Source: Macrostomum lignano
Taxonomy: Eukaryota
DNA length: 45,989 bases
Assembly (NCBI GenBank): GCA_002269645.1
Contig: NIVC01000773.1
Span: 337,417-383,405 of the forward strand
Direction of reading: 5' to 3'
Within the stretch, counting starts at the first letter, position 1; each line of letters begins with the position of its first letter. This document shows, piece by piece, positions 19,601 to 31,600 of this stretch. Made by a program: the position numbers and the translations under genes. The notes beneath the pieces are model-generated. The model saw nothing but the letters and a program-made list of their open reading frames with translations. It had not been told where the DNA came from and did not search any database.

Positions 19601-22600
19601 ACGCTAGCCCTGACTCTCTCACGCTAGCCCAGACTCTCAAGCTACCCCAGACTCTAACACAGTAGCCCAGACTCTCTCACGCTAGCCCAGACTCTCTCTG
19701 GCAACTCAATAAAGCCCAGTCTCTCGCCTCAGACTGTCGAAAACCCCGGAACGCCATCCAGAGATGCAGCAACGAACCTGCCGCTCCCCGCACCGCAGCA
19801 CCTGGCCGCCGTCCGGATTCAAGCAGACGTCCCTGGTGTGGCCGCGCTCTCCATACAGCGCCAAAAACAGCTGGCCAGTCTGATGCTGGCCTGATTCCAG
19901 CGACACCTGCAGCTCCACCAGCCAGTCCACCGGGCGAAGGCCTTCAACTGACCCGGCTGGTCCCAGCGGTTCGAGAGTCACGGACGCCTGAGTAGGGTAG
20001 AGCTCGAGACTGTTGCAGAAGCTCCACTGCTTAGCAGTCCCTTCCTCCTCGACCGTCACCAGGTCGAAGATCCAAGCGTCCGAGTCTGCCGGAGATTCAA
20101 GTCCGACGCGGATCTTGTTGAGCTCGCCGAGGCTCACGCAGCTCAGGGCGAAGCTCGCCGTTGCGTCCACGGTCGCAGTGGCTGCTGCAGCGGAGTCAGC
20201 CGCGTCCTCGACGGGACGGCGGCGGTGGAGGCGGCGCGCTCCGGAGTGGCCGGCGCTGCCGCAGAGTTGAATGAATGGGCGCGCCGAGGCACTGGGGGCG
20301 CGCTGGCTGGAGATGCTGACCCGATAGGTGACCACTGGGTGCGGGGAGCGGGTTGCGGGGCTCATTGTCGGATCTTAGGGCTTTGGGAGGCGTTCAATTG
20401 CTGGGGAACAGATGGGATTTGCGCTTCGATTCGCCATGAGATTTATGCAAGAGAGATTCCCCATTCCTGGGTGGGTGGGATTCCGCTTTCCTATTGGGAT
20501 GGAATTCCCCATTCATAGTTAGGTGGGATTCCCCATTCATAGTTAGGTGGGATTCCCCATTCCTATTGAGGTGGGATTCCCTGTTCCTTTTTAAATGGAG
20601 TTTCCCATTCCTATTTAGGTGAGATTCCATTCCTATTTAATGGGGTTTCCTATTCCTATTTAGGTGGGATTCCCCTCAGAAGTTGAAATTCAAAATTCAA
20701 AAAGCAATCCAATTCTGCGAACAGGTAAAGCATAAGTTTTTACCTTTTAAGTGCTCAATTAGCAGCACTTCGTGCACTACCTCGAACGGCTCGCGAAGTC
20801 GCGAGAACCAGCGGTTCACCGGGCACCGCAGCAGCTCAAAGTCCGGCGTCAGGTGCTCCAAGGTGATCTGTGAAGCAGGTAAAAAAGATCAAAGTACAGT
20901 TGAACTATTTGTGCGAAGCTGCAAGCGGCATCAAACAGCAGCCGACTCACCTCTTTAACAAACCACTCGTCACCGGCAGACTCGGACATCTGCAGCCGCA
21001 GTTTGTACAGCTCGCCAATCTGACTCCGCACCAGCCGCAGCGGGAACTCCATGTCGCAGTCGGGGAACAGGCGCAGTCGCTGCTTCGCCTTCTTGATCTC
21101 GTAGACGTCAGATTCGCCGCGATCTCCGCAGATGACCAGCGAGATCTCAGTGTCCGGTTGGCAGCCTTTCTCCCCGCTGCTGAGTGTCAGCTGCCAGTTG
21201 CTGTCTGGTAGATGGGGGAGATGCTTGCTGATAATTGGTTTCCTGCACTTTGTCTACCAGCTTTTGTTGTTATATTTATTAGCAGATTACTATGCAAATT
21301 ATCAAAGGCATTCTTCAATGCCCTGGTTCCGGTTTTTTTAAACTCCTTTTCACTTCTGGGCTTTCCTTTATACTCTCGTTAAAAGCCAAGCTTGGAATTT
21401 CTTGCTGTACAAGCGAGAGTGAGAGATGTTATAACCCATTCGGGCAGAGCATTGCAACGGACGAGATGGGATTCCACTAAATAAAAAACACGGTCTAGAT
21501 GGAGGCCTGCAGTCTAAAAATAGAAAACCCGCGGATTTCCCTTCTAGAATTCTTATTCTAGAATATTCTAAATACAATTTGTAAATGTAGACTGCACTGA
21601 TTCCGTGTATTTGCTATGGGTCGCCATCATAAGCTCGAAAAATCACATCGTCGAAAACTGATTTAGCAACCACCATCACAAGCTCGAAAAGGCACAAGCT
21701 CGAAAAGGCACAAGCTCTAACCCTAACCCCAAGACACCCTAACCGCAAGGCGCTCTAACCCTAACCCCAAGCTCTAACCCTAACCCCAAGCTCTAACCCT
21801 AACCCCAAGCTCTAACCCTAACCCCAACCCTAACCTAACCCTAACCCTAAAGGCACAAGCTCTAACCCCAACCCTATTCGAGCTTGTGAGTGGTTGCTAA
21901 ATCAGTTTTCGACGATTTGATTTTTCGAGCTTGTGATGGCCCCCTTTGCGATCGATACGCTCGTACATCTTTGCGTCAACAGACACTCCTAATGTACATA
22001 AAAGCGGACAACGTAAAGCCCAAAACCGCCCAGCTTAACACCCCGTTTTTTTCCTTCCCGCTTGCCGAAGTCGGGCAAGTTTTGTTTCTTTCTATGTACA
22101 CGCACAAATGTACATTCAGCCGCGACCCTCTGTTTTGTGTGTACATTTTAAGTGTCCTACTCCTTTCTACCCCTCAAAGGAACCCCCCTCAAAACCCCTA
22201 TTGTCACCCAGCTTATCTTTTTATCTTATCATGTTTTATCTCTTTCTCGACTAGGATATCTGCTTATCTGCTCTGTTTGAACTTCGAGGGATTCGAGCGA
22301 TTAAATTAGAGGGCCAAAAATTCGTTGTTCATTTAATATTAATTGTATTAAACTTAGAGGTAATTCCTTTACAGATAATTTAAGCCTTTTAAAGCTGTTT
22401 TTCTACGATAAACTGTAGACTTAGCTCGTAGTCGTAAGGACCGATTCTAAGTGCATTATAACTAAAACGGAACGACGACACTGCGGTGCCTATAAGCTAA
22501 GCTCATTCATCTGAGCATTCAAAGCCAAGGCTAAAATAAATGAAGCTCAAAGAAAAATTTAATCCTCTTTTATCGTACATTTTTTAGCACAACAAATGCC

Positions 22601-25600
22601 AGACTGACACGAACTGATTATAAAAGCGAAGCTGTCATTAAATTCTAGGCAAGCCACACTAGCATCGGCTCGAGGTGCGCAGAACCTCCTCTGCGCGTCA
22701 TGCGTCATGCATCACTTCTTAAACTACCGCATTTATAAGTTTTACATTGTCAATTACATTTAAAATTTGCTGAACATACCTCTTTAAAAAAATGTTATGC
22801 CTTGAGTTGTGCGTCTTGAGTAGGCCAGAAACTCTGTGCTTGATTTGTTATTTTGAGTTAACTATTTTTCTATCTAGCTGAGCTCAGATTTACATGCTAG
22901 TTAAATAAATATATAAAAAAATTACAGGAAAGAAAATAGCAGTTTTTGCAAGGAAAATATCTATAAAGCAGAGAGCCATGCCGTTGGCAACACTGCTGCT
23001 TTTAGAAGCCATTTTTCTGGCCGCCACTTCGCTCTGAAGGGGAAGAGTTGAAAAATTGTGGCAAAAGTTAATTTCATTTTCTACTTCTCATAATTCAAAC
23101 ATTCGTATTTTAGATTCGCATTCGCACTTGTCTACTAACAGTAGGCTAATTTGAAACTTACCAGATTTTTTTCTCGGAGCCGACCGCGTTTCCTGGAATG
23201 AAATTGGTACAGGATGAAAATAGCATTGGCTAGGAGAGCGCACTGTGCATTTGTCTGATCAACAATTAATTGAGTCATTGTAAATCACCAAAATAAAGCT
23301 AAGACAAAATTCAAAAGTGACGTTATGCTATAGAACCATAAGCATTGATTGCGCTTTACATGTAAGCAATACTACCTACTATTAGTAGCATAGAGTATAT
23401 AGAATTGCCAAAATTCACTGGCACTATGTTAAATTTTGTTAATCTCGAGAAACAAACACCTGATTGAAAGTATGAAAAACGGTGATTAGGGTGGCCCACT
23501 ATAAAGGTTCAAAGGTGGAGCCAGTGAACAGGTTAAACTAAGGGTTTATAGCTAAAAAAGTTGAATTAAAGTTCGCTGAGTACTAAAGCTATTAGGTAAA
23601 CTACAAATAAAATAGTTGTGACAGTTAATTAGGAAACTATAAATCAATCATTTTACGAATGAGGCTACGCATAATGCTGCGTGAAGGGCTGTGGGTGTCT
23701 CATACCTTCCCAGCAGAGGTCCTCCAACTTAAATGCAATTGTGTCTGCTATTTCAGACAACAGACTTTGCGGCGCTGTGGGTCCAATTAAAAGAGACAAG
23801 AGCATTCTAGTTTTTCAGTATGTAATCTTCACTATCCGTTCAAATCAACTAGCATATTCTAAGCTTGCCTACTGCCAGTAGTTAAACTGCGCATGAAGTT
23901 GTTGGCTACAGAAAATAAATGTTCGTTGTTACAAAGAGTATTGCGTTCCGAGAAATTAAGGAGTTTTTGAAAAACTTAAATTTGGGTGAAAAATCGTGCA
24001 AATCTTATCAGGAACTTATGCTGACAATTTATAAATTCGTGGTTATAATTAACTTAGTAGATGTAGTGCTTAGATATATACTACTGATTGTGAGTAGCTT
24101 AGTGCAATTATACTTAGTGATTACTACCTTCATGCAGCTCTTCAACTCTTTTAGCTGCCTGTTCCGTGATGGCGTCAATGAGTTTGCGGGCTGCAACATT
24201 TTGATTTGATTGTTTTAGTCGTTGTAATATCTTCATAGACTGCCAGTGACAATTGACAGCCAGTGACAAATGACAGCCAGTGACAATTGACTGTCAGTGA
24301 CAATTGACTGTCAGTGACAATTGACAGCCAATGACAATTGACAGCCAGTGACAATTGACAGCCAGTGACAATTGACAGCCAGTGACAATTGACAGCCAGT
24401 GACAACTTAGACTTCCACCAAAAGCATCAGACAGAAGCTCAAAACGGCAAATTTGGCTCACCATCTTCTTGAATCCCTTCTAGGTCGTCGTCCTCCGTCA
24501 GAGGTTCTGTGTTCAACGGGGAGGGGGTTGGCAACACCAAAATGAACTTGTTGGATTAGTAGCAGAGATTTGCATCACGAGATCTGTGCAAGAGCAGGCA
24601 TAACAGAAATAGAAGCTGTGCATAACGCATAACAGCTGACCAAAGCAGCTACAGGAAGCAGTGCCAAGCCCACAGAATCTACTTTGATAAGATATTGCTT
24701 TTATAAGTCAGAATTTATACAGATCGATGTACACTCAGAGCATGCTGTACTTTAAGCTCTACAAAAGTACATATAAAAGTACTCGAGTCTGCAGCAGACC
24801 TGATGCCGTTAGTTCATACAGAAGTTCCGCTCTGGCATTGGCAATGGCTCTGGAGGTCAGACTGACCACCAGTGCATCTGCGGGCGGATCGGCTGGGGCT
24901 TGTGGCCTCTGCGCTGCTGGGGAGGGATGATGGAGAAGGGGAGGGAGAGAGGGGGAGAAAAAAAGAGGGAAGAGGGAGACAGAAGGTGAGGGCAAGGAGA
25001 GAGGAATTGAAGAGAGGGGAGATGGGAAGGGGAGAGGGGAGAGAGGGAGGGGCGAGAAAGAGAGGGGAGAGAGGGGAGAGAGGGGGGAGATGGGGGAGAG
25101 GGAGAGGGGGAGAGGGGAAGGGGAGAGGGGGAGAGGGGAGAGAGGGAGGAGAGAGGGAGGGGGCGAGAGAGAGAGGAGAGAGAGAGGGGAGAGAGGGGAG
25201 AGAGAGGGGAGATGGGGGAGAGGGGGAGAGGGGAGAGAGGGAGGAGAGAGGGAGGGGGCGAGAGAGAGAGAGGAGAGAGAGAGGGGAGAGAGGGGAGAGA
25301 CCCAGTGGTTAGAAAAATTGGGGCGTACCCTCTAGGCCGGCGCCCCGGCGGCCCTCAAGGGTACGCCCCATCCCGCAAGATAAAAGTTTGTAGGTTTTCT
25401 TCTTTGTACGTATGAAATATTTTTGTGAGGAAATTATGTAAAGAGCAGAATTTTTAAAGTTGATTTTTTTAGTTTCGGGTGTTTTTGTGCTCGAACCTGA
25501 CAGTACGCCTTTCAGTACGTGCAGTGGACAGTGGGGCGAACTATTGATATCCTTATTAATTATTTTCTTGTATAATGAGCTCATTATTTATTTGCATTGA

Positions 25601-28600
25601 CCAATCCTCATACTACAGCTAACTTGAACTTTTAACCCTTTGAGCAGCCATCTCTTTGAAAAAATTGCTGCAAGCTCCAAAGTGGGGTATAGGCGACTCG
25701 TGCAAATTTTTCTGAGTTTCATACACTTCAGAAATTGGATGTGAGCGCAAAAGTGTGCGTTTTAGCCTACCTACTTATAAGTAATACCTTTTGATCTTCG
25801 AAATCAACGCAACAAAAAATATATTTTTTAATACTCCACTACTTAAGCACTAGCGCATGTACAATGTTGCTTGTATTCTTAAGTTTTCATTTAGATGAGT
25901 CCGATTTGGTGGTCAATTCAGGATTTTTAAAGTAGTGGGGGCAGATTTGCCCAAATTTTTGTTTTGGTCTAAAAAGCCAAAGTAAGCTCAAAATTTACCC
26001 CCCTTATATGCAAGTCCAGCCATGGCAAAGGGGGCGGCCGCCGGGTCTACTACATCTACGAGTACATTTGACCGCCAAAATTTGATCGCCGTTCTATTCA
26101 AGGTGAAATAGGTCGGCGGGCAAATTGTCTGGCGGGCAAATTGTCTGGCGGGCAAATTGTCTGGCGGGCAAATTGTGGCGGTCTCCGCTGTCGGTCTCCC
26201 GCGGCCGCGCCCCCCCCTTGGATAGTGGCGTAAATAAATACTCATTTCAAAGTTTTACATGTAAGTAGGCGGCATACCCTTGCACAAGGTTGCATAATTA
26301 TTTGAAAGCCGTATGCTTGTATGGGGTGGACAGTTGACAGTCAAAATGCCTATATCTACATGTACCTCCATACAGTAATAATTTACCCATTAAACAACAG
26401 GTAAGGTCAAAGATAACATATGCGTATGCCAGCAAAGGTTTAAAATTTTCAATAATTAATTGTACGGTACAATGCGATAGCAAAACAAACTAATCTTAGA
26501 TGCAGCTGTTATCTAGAATCTCGATTTATCTTCCAGAATTTTAGAGAAATACAACTAGGACAGGGGAAATCCCGGAAAATCAATCAGGTTTGCCAAGCTG
26601 TATTAAAGGGGGACCAAGCGCATTTTTACCAAAATACAGAGCCACCCCTCCGCCCCCTTGGGTCTTTACCCTTCAGAATCCGCCCCCCCCCCACATAAGA
26701 AATTTCTGCTTGCGCTGCACTGCTAACAGTTCAAGTAATTCTGGAGAGCACAGAGTGCTGTCTAGAGAAGCTGTTCAGGCTTGGCACAACGCGCCCGCCA
26801 AAATTTTGTTAATGTCAACTTTTGCTCATTGTAATGATCGAAATTCCTTGCGAGGGATTGGCTAACTATTTTACTTTAAGTGCCAGATAGAGAATCTAGC
26901 TCAAGACTGCGGGCCAGAAGGAGGAGAGTGGAGGGGAGGGGAGAGATGTGAGATGTGAGAGGAGGGAAGAGAGGAGAGAGGCGAGATGAGAGAAAGAAGG
27001 GAGATAAGGGAGAGAGGAGAGAGGCGAAAGGAGAGATGTCAGAGGAAGGGAGCAAGCAGTAGCGCAACCAGAAATTTTTTGAGGGGGGGCGGATTCTGGA
27101 AGGTAAAGTCCCGTGAGGGAGGGGGCGGAGGGGAGGCTCTGTTTTTGGCGAAAATTCGCTTGGTCCCCCTTCAATTTTTTCTGGGTCTCCGCCTAAGGGG
27201 GGGACCGCCCCCCCCCCCCCCCGCCCCCCCGCCCCCCCCCCTGGTTGCGCCACTGGGAGCAAGGAAAGAGGGGAAAGGAGGAGAGAGGGGAGATTTTGAT
27301 GAGAAAAGGAGAAGAAATTAGCAAAAAGCTGAGAAGAGATGCAAACCTTGAGCGGGCTGGATTGTTATTGGCATGGGAAGTTAGAAAGGACCCGAGGGCT
27401 GGATAGAGAGACTGCGGGCCGCATGTGGCCCGTGGGCTGGAGTTTGCTGACCCCTGCAGCCTGCAGTAGGCTATGCATGTCGGGCCCAGTTAACTGCATA
27501 ATGGCAAATAAGAGACATGGGAGATTGGAGATAGGAGACTGTCTCCCCTGTCTCCCCTTCATTTATCTCCCCGATTACGAGTAGGGCACAGTCACTCAGT
27601 CACATTTTGATACATAGACATAGATATTTTCTCAGTTTTCATATTCATAGGCGGTCAGAGCTCAAATGGGACAGGTCATGAATAAATAACAATCTAACCC
27701 CCGCCTTGTCATTTTTCCGGATGAATAAATCCACTGAATCATAAAGGTTTCAAAGTGCATTTGCGTTCTCATGACAGTTTTTTGCCACTCAATTATTCTA
27801 GTCTTACTGAATCCCCGAGTTAACAGAAAATTATAGCTCGGCGCACGTCCGCCAGCTTGAATATTCTCGCTATATTGTTCTCTATTTGCGATCGTCTTTT
27901 ACAACCCGACATCAATAAAACCCGTGTGGGCTTTATCTCTCATTAACAGAAATCTCTCATCAATTATAGCCTGTATAAAGCTTACTCATTTAGAGTTGCT
28001 CTTAGAAAAATGTTTTGAATTTCCTGGCCAGTGGCAATAACCCGTAATGACAGGGCAATGCAAGGAATTATTTTAACCTAGAGGTGACAGCTAATTTTGG
28101 CCAATTCATTTCAGTTGGGGTGGGGGGTCAGAAGAAAGGCTAGAGAAGTGATATGGGAATTTCTACGTTGTACCGTTCTTGCCTGCTTAAGCGAACCTAT
28201 GCGAAACAAACAAACTGTCCTGACTCCTTATCAGTGCAGGTCATCAAGTTTTTTCTATTCCCATATTGCACCAAAGATAAAGGAAGAACAAAGACGAATT
28301 TCGTGCGAGGCTTGACAAGGTCTGAACTATATATATATATATATTTTATAAGTTACAACCTAGCATAAACACATAAATACTTTGATACGGAAAGTATTGA
28401 TTCGATCTGACCTAAAATAGGTGCCAGCAAAAGAAAGAAAATATTCATAGCATTTTATATGTGCTTAAAAGTAAAACCAGATGGTAACAGATGGAAATTA
28501 CAGTTGTGCAGCTAGTTGATTATTATCAATGGGATAAGTAAAATATTACAAAAATTCTGTTGGCTTGAATTGGAGGTAGGAATACTGTATACAATACCAT

Positions 28601-31600
28601 TAGTATTTCATACTCGTATACTGGGGTTTAAGAAAATAAATCCCCCATTTCAGCCACATACAGCGGCATCACCTCCCACTAAGTTTCCGGCCCCTCCACC
28701 CCTCCTACACAGTTTTGAGCTAAATTACCCCTCCGGCCTCTATAACACCGAATTTTAAGCTGTACCTAATTCTAGGGTTCAAGAATGTAAACAATAAAGA
28801 TAGAAGCAATATAATCAGTCTCTAAAATAACTCCAGTTCATGAATGACCGATCGCCAGGCTTGTAGTAAACTCGTGAAACTGCGGATCCTAAAAGTAAAG
28901 ATAAAATGGCAGTTGCGATCGAGTATGCATCGTAATATACTAATATTTAACTCACAATCTACAATCATGTCTGCGTGTTGAAGCTGAGAACATATACAGG
29001 AAGAAATTGCAGAATTGCAGAATACAGGGAATACGAGAATCGAGATAGAAGGAAATCGGATTGATATAAAAAACCAGAGAAAGATATTTTTAGTACTCAC
29101 TTGCGACTCACGCGTCCTACATCAGGCCTCCTCGGAGTCACCTGTCAGAGGAATGACAAAAAATGGCTTGCTGGATCCCTGTCCGCTCCAGCAAGATTGG
29201 CAAGCAGATTCGCAGGCAAAATCCAGCACTTTCGCTCAGGTGTGCCAGTTAGAACACCAGATGTCATCCTGTACAAGCCGATTCCCAGACGCAAAGATGG
29301 ATATGGGTTGGCGTAGATGTTGTCAACTGGGTGTAAAATCCTGCCAGTGACTTGATTAGCTTCACTTACAGCTTCGATTAGGACGCATACTTTGTCGATT
29401 ATGCAACAATTATCACCTCGCTTTGTGCTGAATTTCAACGGTGGAATTCGCTGCTCATTCAACAGAAGATCGCGAACTCTGAGCACCTGCTTAACTGAAT
29501 GCGCTGCCATGTGCCTTGTCACCTTTACGCGGCGCTTTACAGATCCAAGAAAGTTTTCGAAAGGGAAAGTCGAAAAGTTGTTTAAACTGCCTAGCTTTCG
29601 GACAAACTCATCCAAATGAAGAATAGTGTGAAGATTGAAACTTATAAACTTCTGGCCGTAAAGATGGGCAGCCCGTTCAACAAAAACTTCAATGCAAGTT
29701 TTTGCCTGCGTCCACCACTTGGAGTACCTTTCGTTGGAGTATGCGTAAATGGCGAAATGGAGGTAAAGAAAGTGGTTATACCTTTCTTCATTTAAAATGC
29801 CTTTGAAGAGGACAGGTCCTAGGTACAGCAAGTACTGTCTGAATTCAGTAGCCTTCATGTGCTTCAGTTCCAAGTCGATTTTCCGGGGTCTTCGTTGAAA
29901 GTTTGAAGGTGTCCAACCGGCAGCCATAGTAATTCGGTCGCCCAATAGGCTCATCGGACCGGGATAGACGAGACACTTCTTGCCATTAGATTTGTCGAAA
30001 AATAGGTAAAATAGCTTCCTTGTGACTCCAAGGCAGACGGCATGCTGGTAGTCAGGGGGAAAAGCATCGACAAAACTAATGTTAGGCAAATTTAGAAGGG
30101 GCGATAGAGCGATTTTTTTATTTTCCTGGTTAGACTCCTTTCCCTCTCGGTATTGTTGGCTGCTACGAGACTCCCCGACGCTCGTTGAAAATGTTACTCT
30201 GTTGTCGGTATAAGGTCCAGTAGCCCTGCAGTACATGCAACCGACGTACGACATGTGCCCTTGAGTTACTGAGACCCAGGCTCGAGCAGGCGCATCGCAA
30301 ACAAATCGGATAGTCGAGAAGCTGATGCTTAAATTTTCGATAATTTTTATGGGACCCGTAAGAAAACGTTTAGCCTCGTCGCAAAATTGTCGAAGATAAT
30401 CATTCAGAGGTGGCTTGCCACAACCAGCCCATACGGCTACTGGAAAAGGTCTGCTGAATATGCTGGGAATAGACATTAGTATGGGCCAAAGACCGAAGTG
30501 GCTTGCTCGGTACAAAGGCAAGCCGTCAAAATTAACGATGGCTTCAATTTTGTAAACCTTCTCAGTTTCACTATCGTGTTGTAGATATTCTGGCTTCATG
30601 TGCAGCTGGTTTTTGCGAAACATTAGTTCTAGATTTTTCAGAATCGAAATGTAGCGAAAATGGCCTTTTCCCATGGACTCCAATTTTTCCGTTGGATCGC
30701 CAGCATTGATGACGGCCTCAATAGAGTTGACAGACTTCGGCGCAGGCAAACCTATGTCTCTTAGACCATCAACAAGGAATTTTTTAGATCCATGACTTAG
30801 GTTGAAACAAGAAAAGTAGACTACCAGCAAGGCGAATATTTTATCTTCTAAAGAGCGGTCATCCTCTTTCTTGTCAATCTCCTCATCTTCATCGCTGCAA
30901 ACTCGCGCGAACTCGTCAAAATCAGGATAGCTGCCATTGTCGTTGCCAAGATCTGGATCCGTACCTTCATTGACTTCTGCTACAGAGGACTCCGAAGCGA
31001 TGAAACCGGCGACTCTCCAGAATCATCTGCTTCGACTACTTTTCTTTTTTTCTCTTGCAGTGCGATGTCTTCCAAAGCTTCTTGTTCTCCTTCCATGAAC
31101 AAGCCCAGCAAATCCTTATTTGCTTGTCGCCTCAATTGCCTTGTCATTGTTTTCGTCCGAATCAGACTTTGATGATAGTTGACTGTTGTAATAATAATAA
31201 AGTAATTACTACGATTGCTTATTTCGTATTAAAGAAAGGATATGAACAAAAGCTGGGAAGAATTGAAAACTATTCCTTTGGGGGTTTGTGCGCGCTGATT
31301 GGACAGGTATGGATGCGGGGACGGTAGGGCCAATGAAATTGGAAAAGCCATTGCGGCCTTTTTCATTCGAAGAACTATAGAAGACAATTGCTTCTAGAAG
31401 CAACCTAAACCACTGAATCATTAAATAAGCATAAACTATAGTGTGAGCTCCAAACTCTTGCTTTATTTGGTACTCAGTTTTGCACTAGCATAGTTAGTCT
31501 GCATGCTACAATGAAGTTTTTAGTGATCTTTAAAGACGACCGTCAAATTGTTGAGGTCTCGGAAAGCGAAGTGAAGCTTCCTGAAGGCTTTCAAAACCTT

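Noticed and set aside
13304-20518. Numerous plus-strand ORFs opposite the PLAT exons
   Set aside because: Antisense shadows of GC-rich coding exons; low complexity and no recognisable domains.
21715-21870. Chromosome end or true telomere
   Set aside because: Short, interrupted, enclosed by TIRs and located inside an intron.
22983-23520. hAT-like termini (CAGTGTTGCCAAC on minus at 22983-22995; TAGGGTGGCCC near 23507)
   Set aside because: No matching partner end or TSD found; too short to support an element call.
26115-26200. 16-bp repeat GGCGGGCAAATTGTCT x4 as a MITE arm
   Set aside because: Only one arm visible, with no inverted partner or TSD.
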